Assembly: GCA_049322255.1 (NCBI GenBank)
Contig: JBMORE010000181.1
Coordinates: forward strand, 1-54,413
Length of the DNA: 54,413 nt
Direction: 5' to 3'
DNA from: Myxococcota bacterium
Lineage (GTDB): Bacteria; Myxococcota; Myxococcia; Myxococcales; Myxococcaceae
Each line of letters starts with the position of its first letter. Within the stretch, counting starts at the first letter, position 1. Under the pieces are notes generated by a model. The model was not told the origin of the DNA, did no database searches, and saw only the letters and a list, made by a program, of their open reading frames with translations. The position numbers were made by a program, and so were the translations under genes. Below are positions 27,612-36,900 of the stretch, piece by piece.

Positions 27612-29117
27612 ATGAACCCAACCCCCCTCACGTTGCAAGCGTCGCTCGATCGGCCGCGCATCGGCCGCGGTCAGAGCACCAGAGTGCACCTCGTCGCCGA
27701 GATTTCGGCGGTCAAGCCCGAAGGAGCCCTGGAGCGGCCCCCCGTGGCCCTGGTGCTCGCGCTGGATACCTCGGGCTCGATGGCGGGACGGAAGCTCGAG
27801 CATCTGGTGCGCTCGGTCGAGCTCGTCGTCGAGGCGCTCCGGCCCGACGACTACATCGGGGTGCTGTGCTTCTCGGACGACGCCCGAGTCTGCGCTCCCC
27901 TGACGAAAAAGAGCGGGTGGAAACGCTCTTGGCTGGGGGGATTGAGGGCTGACGGCAGCACCCACATCGAGGCGGGGCTGCAACTCGCGGCCAAGATGAG
28001 CAAAAGCTCCCGCATCGACGCGCGCGCGGCGGCGGTGCTGCTGAGCGACGGCCAACCTACCGCGGGGGCCACGAGCCCGCGTGAGCTGACAGCGGTGGTC
28101 AGGGCGCTGCGCGATCAGGTTTCCTTCTCGACGCTGGGGTATGGGAACGACCACAGCGAACAGGTGCTCGCCTCGATCGCCGAAGTCGGCGGCGGCGCGT
28201 ACGCGTTCATCCCCAGTCCCGAACAGTGCCGCGGCGAGCTGGCGCGCGCGGTGGGCAGCCAGGCCGAAGTGGTCGCCGATCGGGTGCGAGTCACTTTCGA
28301 GGCGGGGCGAGGCTTGGTTCCGCTCGACGAAGTGCGCCTGCCCGATCTCTGCGCCGGTGACCGGCGCCTCGTCTGCTTCGCGCTCGATCTGCCGGCGTAC
28401 GCCGAGCTGGGGCCGGCCACCCTGGGCGTGCTCCGCGTCAGTTGCCGGCGTGGCGGCGTCGACTGCGCCATGCTCGAACAACGGGTCGTCGCCGAGGTCG
28501 CCGAAAGCCCCGGCCCCTTGGATCCGGTCGCCCACGGTTTGCGGCTCTCCCAAGAAGCCGAAGAGGTGCGCAAGCGGGTCGCTCAGCTCGCCGAGCAGGG
28601 CCGATTCGAGGCAGCCACCCGAGAGCTGGAGCGGGTCATCAACGACATTCGGGGCGCGCCCGTGGCATCGTCAAGCCCAGCCCTGAGCGAGGCGTTGGAG
28701 CAACTCATCGATGACAGCGCGCTCATGAAGCAGCGTCCCGATGCCCAAGCCCAGCGCGCTTACCGCCGTGGCCAGCTCGCTCCTCGCGCGAAGTACCGCT
28801 CGCAGATACTCGACGCTGCCATGGGTGACCTTCCGGCCGCGCAGCTGTTCGTTCTCGGAGAGCCCAACCCCGACCCCATACCCCTGCGAGGCGAAACCAC
28901 CATCGGCCGCACTTCGGATGCCGACCTGCAGCTCAGCTCGGGCAGCGTCTCGCGGCGCCACACGCGCATCGTCGGCGCCGAGGGCGAGTTCTGGGTGAAC
29001 GACCTCGGCAGCTCCAACGGCACCCTGCTCAACGGGATGAAGGTGAGATCCGAGCGGCTGCGCGACGGCGACATCATCGAGATTGGCGAGTTCAAGCTGC
29101 TCTATCGCCAGGCGTGA
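27612..29117 (+). CDS. vWA (YfbK-like) domain + C-terminal FHA domain protein
   Basis: MIDAS LDTSGSM, GSTHI, LSDGQ, LGYG; FHA TIGR..VSRRH..DLGSSNGT. Confidence 0.9.
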   Translation: MNPTPLTLQASLDRPRIGRGQSTRVHLVAEISAVKPEGALERPPVALVLALDTSGSMAGRKLEHLVRSVELVVEALRPDDYIGVLCFSDDARVCAPLTKKSGWKRSWLGGLRADGSTHIEAGLQLAAKMSKSSRIDARAAAVLLSDGQPTAGATSPRELTAVVRALRDQVSFSTLGYGNDHSEQVLASIAEVGGGAYAFIPSPEQCRGELARAVGSQAEVVADRVRVTFEAGRGLVPLDEVRLPDLCAGDRRLVCFALDLPAYAELGPATLGVLRVSCRRGGVDCAMLEQRVVAEVAESPGPLDPVAHGLRLSQEAEEVRKRVAQLAEQGRFEAATRELERVINDIRGAPVASSSPALSEALEQLIDDSALMKQRPDAQAQRAYRRGQLAPRAKYRSQILDAAMGDLPAAQLFVLGEPNPDPIPLRGETTIGRTSDADLQLSSGSVSRRHTRIVGAEGEFWVNDLGSSNGTLLNGMKVRSERLRDGDIIEIGEFKLLYRQA

Positions 29118-30265
29118 GGTTGCCCAAGAAAGCGGGCCAAGGCCTGCGCCTTGGGCACCAGCGAAGAAACCTCGATGTGCTCCTCCACGGTGTGAAACCC
29201 TTTTCCCCGCGGCCCCAGTCCGTCAATGGAGGGAATGCCCATCGCCGCCGCCGTGCTGGCGTCGGAGCCGCCGCCGCACAAGGGCGCCTCGCCATCGCCC
29301 AGCCCGCTGGCCCTGGCGCAGGCGGCGTACTCGGCCAAGAGCGCCAGGCTCGTCTCGGTGCGCGAAAGTGGAGCGCGCGACACGCCTCCTGCAAGCGTAA
29401 GCCGCGTCCCCGGCACGCCCTGGGAGGCTTCGACGGCGGCGAGGCGCAACTTCTCCTCCAGCGCCTGGGCGTCCGAGGGAGAGAGGAAGCGAAAGTCCAC
29501 CTGCGCCTGGGCGTGGTCGGGCACGGTGTTCTTGCTCCGCCCGCCGGAGATGACGCCCACGTTCACTGTCACTCCGCGCGCATAGTCGGTGAGCGCCTGC
29601 GCCCGGTCGACGAACTTGGCCAGCGCCCAGATGGCGTTTTTCCCTTGCTCGTGCGCATTGCCCGCGTGGGCGGCCACTCCCTGCGCGGTGACGGAGAACA
29701 TTCCGGTGCCCTTGCGGCAGGTGATGATGGCGTCGTGCGCGCGCCCCGACTCGAACACCAGCGCGGCGCGGCAGCCGGCGATGGCGTCACGGATGACGCT
29801 CTGCCCTTCGGGAGAGCCGACCTCCTCGTCGCTCACCACCACGATGCGCAGCGAAGGAAGGCTCGATGGCTCGCCAACGGCGGCGAGGGCTCGCACCGCG
29901 TACGCCATCACCACCAGCCCGCCCTTCATGTCCAGCACCCCCGGCCCACGGCGCAGCTCCCCGTCGCGCCGGTAGCCCTCGAAGGTGCCGGGGGGAAACA
30001 CCGTGTCCAAGTGTCCGAGGAGCGCCACCGGCTCGCCTGCGCCTTGGGAATGAAACACCATATGGTCCGCGTAGCGCTGGCTCTTCACCACCTCGCAGGC
30101 CAGGCCGCTCACCGCGAACAAGCCCTTCAACGCCGCGCCCACCCGGTTGCCGCCCGCAACGTTTTCGGCGAAGGAGTTCACCTCCACCAACTCGGCCAGG
30201 TGAGCCTCCATCTCGTCCTGCCGGCTGGTGAGCCAAGCCGCCGCTTCTTCGCCGAGCTTGCTCAT
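29102..30265 (-). CDS. M20 family metallopeptidase (carboxypeptidase G2-like)
   Basis: GHLDTVF, GPGVLDMKGG, DEEVGS, AHAG, GGGSD, DGLGP..FHT..EHI. Confidence 0.92.
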   Translation of the reverse strand: MSKLGEEAAAWLTSRQDEMEAHLAELVEVNSFAENVAGGNRVGAALKGLFAVSGLACEVVKSQRYADHMVFHSQGAGEPVALLGHLDTVFPPGTFEGYRRDGELRRGPGVLDMKGGLVVMAYAVRALAAVGEPSSLPSLRIVVVSDEEVGSPEGQSVIRDAIAGCRAALVFESGRAHDAIITCRKGTGMFSVTAQGVAAHAGNAHEQGKNAIWALAKFVDRAQALTDYARGVTVNVGVISGGRSKNTVPDHAQAQVDFRFLSPSDAQALEEKLRLAAVEASQGVPGTRLTLAGGVSRAPLSRTETSLALLAEYAACARASGLGDGEAPLCGGGSDASTAAAMGIPSIDGLGPRGKGFHTVEEHIEVSSLVPKAQALARFLGQPHAWR

Positions 30266-30270
30266 GGGAA

Positions 30271-30636
30271 CTAGGGTTTCTTTGCGCCGGGGAAACGCAA
30301 GAGATCGGAGTCCAAGGTGAGCAACTCGGCTCCTTGGCGCTTGGCCGTGGCCGCGATGAGAGCATCTGCCATGTGAAGCGAGTGGTTCGCCGCCAGCAGG
30401 ACGGCGTCGTAAGAAACCTCGGCATCGACAGGCACGAGTTGGCATTGGCCCATGTTGACCAACACCTCCTCCATCACTTCTTCTCCACTCGTGCGGCGGA
30501 CGTAGCGGCCAACTTCGTACAGGCTGACGGCGGACACGAGGATGTTCGAAGGATCCGCGAAGAGGTCCTTGCGCTTGGCGGTGCGTGGTCCGCCGACGAG
30601 GTGCTCTATCCAGACGGAGGAATCGAGCAACATCAC
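30271..30636 (-). CDS. vapC: VapC-family PIN toxin
   Basis: LLDSSVWIE, LYEV, LHMADALIAATA, LLTLDSD. Confidence 0.9.
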   Translation of the reverse strand: MMLLDSSVWIEHLVGGPRTAKRKDLFADPSNILVSAVSLYEVGRYVRRTSGEEVMEEVLVNMGQCQLVPVDAEVSYDAVLLAANHSLHMADALIAATAKRQGAELLTLDSDLLRFPGAKKP

Positions 30637-30851
30637 AGCCGATCTTCCTTGTCGCGAAGAGGCACCGAGTCGTCCCGCTTCACCTTGCCGCGCAGCGCAG
30701 ACAAGGGTTCCACGCGCACGAGCTTCAAGCCGGTCTCGGTGACGAGGACCTCAAAGCAAGTACCCGGGCGGATGTTTGCCCGCTCGCGAAGCTCGGCGGG
30801 AATGACGATCTGGTATTTGGAGGAGACGGAAACCATCGAACAATCCACCAT
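30633..30851 (-). CDS. AbrB/MazE-family antitoxin (VapB)
   Basis: VSSKYQIVIPAELRERANIRPG; overlaps vapC. The start may be ATG 30836. Confidence 0.9.
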   Translation of the reverse strand: MVDCSMVSVSSKYQIVIPAELRERANIRPGTCFEVLVTETGLKLVRVEPLSALRGKVKRDDSVPLRDKEDRL

Positions 30852-30853
30852 GA

Positions 30854-30881
30854 TATCGATACTAAAATTAGTTTATCGATA
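30854..30881. promoter_or_regulatory. AT-rich palindromic operator upstream of the AbrB-PIN operon
   Basis: TATCGAT-ACTAA-aa-TTAGT-tt-ATCGATA. Confidence 0.55.
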
Positions 30882-30979
30882 GGCCAACGAATCGTCAAGG
30901 TGCCCGCCCGCTCGCTCTGCAAGCGATTGCCGGGAAATTCCGGGTACTTAACCCCCGTGGTACTGTGCGCTCTCCTCGC

Positions 30980-33900
30980 ATGGCCAAGGCCAAGGACAGC
31001 GCCGCACCCGCCACGAAGGGAGCAGGCCCCGAGCTTCGTCTTCTCGATCGCCGTGCGTTCGTCGGCTTTCCCGAGCTTTCCGTCGCACCCGGGCTCACCC
31101 TCACCGACTTCGCGCTGCAGATTCCCGACGTCACCTTCCCCTTCAACGTCACCGGCGGCCCGGCGCGGTACCAGAAGAAGAAGCTCGACTTCGGGTTCCT
31201 CGAGCTGTCCGTCGACGCCGAGCTCATCTCGCGCAAGGTGGCCGAGCTTTCGGCGCAGCTTGCCGAGCTCTCCGAGCTTCGGCTGCACTTCCGCCCCGGC
31301 TACCTCGAGGGGCAGGCGCGGCTGCACGGAAAAGAACGCGCCCCGGTGACTTTCAAGGTGGCCTTCGACGGCGATGGCGATGCGCTGGCGGTCTACGTCT
31401 ACGACGTCCGTCTCTACGCCTTCTCCACCACCCCGGCGGCCCAGGTGCCGGTGCTGCTGTCGCGCGCGCTCGCCGACTTGGGCGTGCTCCCTGAAGTCGA
31501 GCTGCGCGGAGCCAACGGCTTTGTCACCCGCATCCTCCCTGAGTTGGTGCGCCGCGCGGCGGTGAGCCGCGGCTACAAGATGCCCTCGCTCGACCAAGCG
31601 CGCCTTTCCGCCGCCGAGGTTTCGGGCAAGGGCTTGCGGCTGCGCTTCTCCTCCGGAGGCCTTCCGCCCGCCCACACCCCCGACGAGGAGCTGCTCCTCG
31701 CCCTCGAGGGAGCGCGTGCCTTCGCCGACGCCGAAGAGCTGGTGGCCCAAGGCAAGCTCGACCCAGCGCGCCAGGCGTACCTCAAGCTGGGAGACCCCCA
31801 AGACGCGCACCCCTTCGCGGTCGAGCGGCTCTTGTCGCTCTTGGTGGCCAACCCTTCCGCGCACGAGATGGCCCTCGACGTGGCCGCCCACCTCGCCCGC
31901 CGCCGCGACCGCAGTGCCGCCGCGCTGTGGGCGGAAGGGGTGGTGCGCGAGCGCCGCGGGGAGAGCGCCCGCGCCTCCGAGCGCTACTTGGCCTTGTGCG
32001 CGCTGGCCCGCAAGAACCAGGAGGAGGCCTCGGCCTTCTTCGCCGCCGAGTCCGCCGCCCGTGCTGCCCGCGACCAGGCGCCGCAGATGGCGGTGCGCGC
32101 GCTGCACGAATTGCTGGGCTTGAAGCCCGACCACCTGCCTTCGCTCAAGGCGCTGGCGCGCGCCTCCGACCAGGCCGAAGACCGCGCCGGCGCCATTCGC
32201 GCTTACCGGCGCATCGCCGCCTTGGCGCGTGACCCCGCCGAGGCCGCCGAGGCGCACGTGCACCTGGCCCGCCTGTGCGCTCTCACCGAAGACGACATCG
32301 CCGGCGCCCGCTTGCACTGCGAAGCCGCGCTGCGGCTGGCTCCCGACCACCCCGAGGCGCTCTACCAGCTGGGCGAGCTGTGCCACGCCGGCGGAGAGCA
32401 CCTGCGCGCGCTCAAGGCACTCGACCGGTTGCGCGAGGTGGCGATGGGCCGCCACGAGGTCGACCGGGTGGGCAAGGCCAACCTCCTGGCCGGGCGCGTG
32501 TGGGAGAAGGGGCTCGGCCAGCCGGAGAACGCCCTCTTGCGTTACCGCGAGGCGGTGTCCTTGCTCCCGGGCGAGGCCGAGCCGCTCTACCTCGCCGCCC
32601 GCGTCGCCGAGAGCCTGGGCAAGACGCAGGAAGCCATCGCCGGTTACCAGCAGGCCATCGAGCTCGCCGGCCCCGCTCCCCGAAACGAGGTGGTGCGCGC
32701 GGCGGCCCACGACGCCCACCACGCGCTGGCCCGCCTCTACAAGACCAAGCTCTCCGACCCCGCGCGCGCCCGCGACCACTTGGAGGCCGCGCTCGCTCTG
32801 AACGAGCGCGACATGGTGGCCATCGACGAGCTGCTCCCCTACTTCCGCGCCAGCGGCAAGGCGGCCGAGCTCGCCGACGCCTGCGAAAAGGCGGCCGCGG
32901 TGGTGGAAGACCCGGCGCGGCGAGCGGCGTTTTGGGCCGAGGCGGGAGAGCTCTACCGCGGGCGGCTGGGCAACCTGGAAAAGGCAGAGCGGCTGCTTTC
33001 CGCCGCGCTCGACGCCGACGGCCACAACCCCCTGGCCCTGGAGGGGATGCTCGCCCTCGCCGAGGGCCGACGCGACGGGGGCCAGCTGTGCCGCTGCTTG
33101 TCGGCGCTCGCCGAGCTGGCCCAAGACCCCAAGGAGCGCGCCCGCCACCTGCGCCGTCTTTCGGTGGCGGCACGCGATTTGGCCTTCGACCTCGAGCTGG
33201 CCGCCCGCGCCTTGAGCGAGTTGCTCACGCTCGAGCCCGACGATTTGCCGGCGCTGGGCGAGCTGTGCGGCCTGCAGCGCCGCCGCACGGACATGAACGG
33301 GCTGGCCACCGCCCTGGAAAAGCGCGCGGGCGCCGCCGAGCGCCAGGGAGACAAACGCCTCGCCGCCGCCGCCTTGCGCGAGCTCGCCCAGGTGCTGGAG
33401 GCGAGGTTGGGCCGGGTGGGCGAGGCCCTGGTCGCCTTGGAGAAGGCCGCCCGCCTGGCGCCTGACGCCGGAGTGCTCTTCGACTTGGCCCAGCTCTCCT
33501 TGCGCTGCGAGCGCCCCGAGCACGCCCGCCGCGCGCTGGAGGACTTGCTCTCCTCCATGCCCAAGCACGCCGCTCCCGAGCGGCTGGCCGAGGTGCGGGC
33601 GCTGCACGGCCGTGCCTGCGAGCTGTGCGGCGACTTCGACCGGGCCAAAGAAAGCTACGCCGCCGCCTTTCCCTTGCGCCGCCTCGACGAAGAGCTCTTC
33701 GGCCGTCTGGAGGCGCTCTATGCGCAGGCCGGCCAGCAGCGGGAGCTCACCGAGCTGTGGGCCGCGCGGGCGCAGGCGCTGCTCGCCTCCGGGCGAGCGA
33801 AAGAAGCGGCTCCCTTGTTCTTCCAGAGCGCCCAGGCGCTGCTTTCCTCCGGCGACCATGCGGGAGCGGTGCTTCGCCTCGGGGCGGCCCTCGACGCCGC

Positions 33901-36900
33901 GCCCCAGGGAGAGCAGGCCGGTGACATTCTCGAGGCGATGGCCGAGCTGGAGGTCGCGCGCGGCGAGCGGCTGGAGGCGGCCAAGCTCCTCGCCAAGCGC
34001 GCCTCGCTCCTGGAGGACGCCCGCGCCTCCTCCCAGGCGTACTTTCGTGCCGCCACCTTGGCCGCGGGCACCAACCGCGAGGCCGGGTTCCTCGCCAAGT
34101 CGCTCGAGCGCGACGCCACCTATGCTCCCGCCCGGGTGCGCCGCGCCGAGCTGACCTTTCAGACCGATCCGCGTGCGGCGCTCGCCGATGCCGAAGCAGT
34201 GCTGGCCCTCGACGAAGGCGCGTTCCCCGAAGGGGTCGACCGTCTCACCCTCACCCGCAAAGCAGCTACGGCCGCCCGCGCCGCCGGGCTGGCCGACACC
34301 GCGCGCAAGCACCTGGCCCGCTACGCCGCCATGCGCCCGGAGGACTTGGAGGCGCTTCAAGAGCTCGCCGAGCTTCACCGCGCCGCCCACGCCAAAGAGG
34401 CGCTGTGCGACTTGCTGGGCGAGCTGTGGCCGCGGCTTCCGGGCGCCAAGAAGCAGCAGGCGCGCAAGGAGTACGCCGAGCTTTCCCTCGAGCTGGGCCG
34501 GGCGGTCGCCGCCACCGAGGCCCTGCGCGCGGTGCTCGAGGCCGAGCCCACCGACCTCTGGGCGGCCCAGAAGCTGCTCGCCCTCTTGCCCGAGCAGGAC
34601 TTCACCGGCCCGGTGGCGGACGAGCGGCTCTTTTTGCTCTCGCTTCTGGCCGACAACGCCCGTGGGGACGAGCGGGGCGAGCTGCTCGTGCGCCGCGCCC
34701 GCGCCCACCGCGCCGCCGGAGCGACCGCCGCCGCCCGCGCCGACTTGCGTGACGCCGCCGCCTCCTCGCGCCGCTCGGGAGCGCTGTACAAGGAGCTCGC
34801 CGAGCTGGAGCGCGAAGCGCACGACGAGGCGGGAGAGCTCTTGGCGTGGAAGGAGGCGGTCCGCGCCGACCCTGGGCTGGGCGAGCTCGCCGCCGCGCGT
34901 CTTTTCGAGCTGGCTGCGCGCCGCCTCGAGGCACACGACTACTCCACCGCCCGCGAAGGGTTTTTCGCCGCCGTCGGTTTGCCCCTGGCCCCTTCTGAGC
35001 GCTGCGAGGCCTACTTGGGGCTTTCCCGCGCTGCCGAGGCCTTGGCCGATGAGCAGGGCGCGGCGCAGGCCCTGCTCGAGGCCTCCAAGCAGGGCCCGGC
35101 GCCCCGCCGCTGCGAGGCGCTCTTGCGCCGCGGCAGCTTGCTCGAGCGCGCGGGCGACTCGTCGGGTGCCGCTCAGAGCTACGAGGGCGCGCTGGCGTTG
35201 GCCCCGCGGCAGGCGCAGGCCACCGAGAGCCTCAAACGGGTGCTCACCGGCATGGAGGATTGGTCTGGGCTGGCGGAGGTGCTCGCGGCGGAGGCCGCAG
35301 GGGCCCCTCGGTCTGCGGCGGCTGCGCTCTTCGCCGAGCTGGGCGCGCTCTACCTCGAGCGGCTGGGCCAAAAAGGTCCCGCAGAGGCGGCGTTGCGTCG
35401 CGCGGCGCAACTCGACGAGAAGAACGTCGAGGTGCGGCGTCGCTTGTTCACCTTGCTCGCCGAGCGCGGTGAGCTCCTCGAGGCGACGAAGCTGCTCGAG
35501 GAGACGGCTGCCGCGCTGGAGCCGGCGAAGGCGGCCGCCGTCCTGCGGGAGGGAGTTGCGCTGTCGCGCCGGGCCGGCGACCTGGAGCGGGCGCTCAAGC
35601 TGGCGCGAAGGGCCCATGAGCTCTCCTCCGCCCAGGGAGACGACCTCCACGCGCTGGCCGAGCTGCTCTACGTAAAGGGAGCGGTGAAGGAGGCGCTGCC
35701 GATTCACCAAGCCCTCGCCACGCAGGTGGACTTCGCCGACAACCCGGAAGGGGCAGAAGGGGCCCTCTTGCGCCTGGCCGACCTGGCCCAGCAAGTCGGG
35801 GAGGCTTCGCTGGCTGAGCGCACCTTGCGCCGGCTGGTGCAGGAGCGCCCGTTGCACTCGCTCGCCGTGGAAAGGCTCGCCGCCCTGGTGCACCCAGCTC
35901 GGCCGCGGGAGGCCATCGAGCTGCTCGCCGCCCACGCCGGAGAGCTGGCTGCTTCCGAGCGCGCGGTGCAGCTTTTGGTCGAGCTTTCCGGGCGGGCCCG
36001 CGAGGAGCTCGCCGACGTCGAGCTGTCCGCCCAGCTTCTACGCCGCGCCGCCGAGCGTTCGCCCCAGCCGCTGGCCCTCTACCGGTCGCTCGCCGAGCTG
36101 TACCGTGAAAGCGGGCGCACCCAGGAGCTGTCCGCCCAGCTTTCGCAGATTGCCGCCCTCGAGCTGGAGCAAGGCGACGTCGAGGCCGCCCTGGCCGCCT
36201 ACGAGGAAGAGGCGCTCTTGGCCGAGTCCTCCGGGAGGGTGGACGAGGCGCTGCGCACCTTGGTGGCGGCGGTGGAGATTTGCGAGGACGAGGGCCGGCT
36301 GGAAGCCGCCGCGGGCCTGGAGCGGCGGCGCGCCGAGATTTTGCGCGACGCCAAGCTCGACCTCGATGCTGCCGAGGCTGCCCTGCGCCACGCGTACGAG
36401 CTCCACCCCGAGCTGGTCACCACCCAGCTGGGGGCCGCCCTCGCCGCCCGCCGCGACGACCGCGACGGGGAGATGGACTGGCTGGAGCGCTCCCTTGCGC
36501 ACCTAGGCTCGCCCGAGGACCGCGGGGAGGTCTTCCTCCGCTTGGCTCGGCTGCATCTAGGCGATGGCTCTGGCGCTGATACCCCTCACCCTATTCCTCT
36601 CCCAGAGGGAGAGGGGGCCGCCGACGCCGCCGAGGCTGCTTTGCGGGAGGCGCAAAAGAGCGCCGCGCACGCTCCGGTGGCCGAGGAGCTGCTCGCCGCG
36701 CTCTACGAAAAGCAGGGGCGCCTGGCCGACCTCGCCGCCCACTACGAAGAGGCTGCGGCGCGCACCCGCTCCACCGAGGAGCGGGGCCGGCTCCTGTTGC
36801 GCGCGGCTGAAATCTACAAGGACCGCGCCGGCAAACCGCACCAGGCCGCAGCCGCGCTGCTCGCCGCCCGCGCCGCCGCTCCCGATGACTGGGCGCTCAC

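Noticed and set aside
30725..35935. 1736-aa minus-strand ORF and the many other long overlapping ORFs in the track
   Set aside because: Antisense or alternate-frame shadows of high-GC genes; no recognisable motifs.
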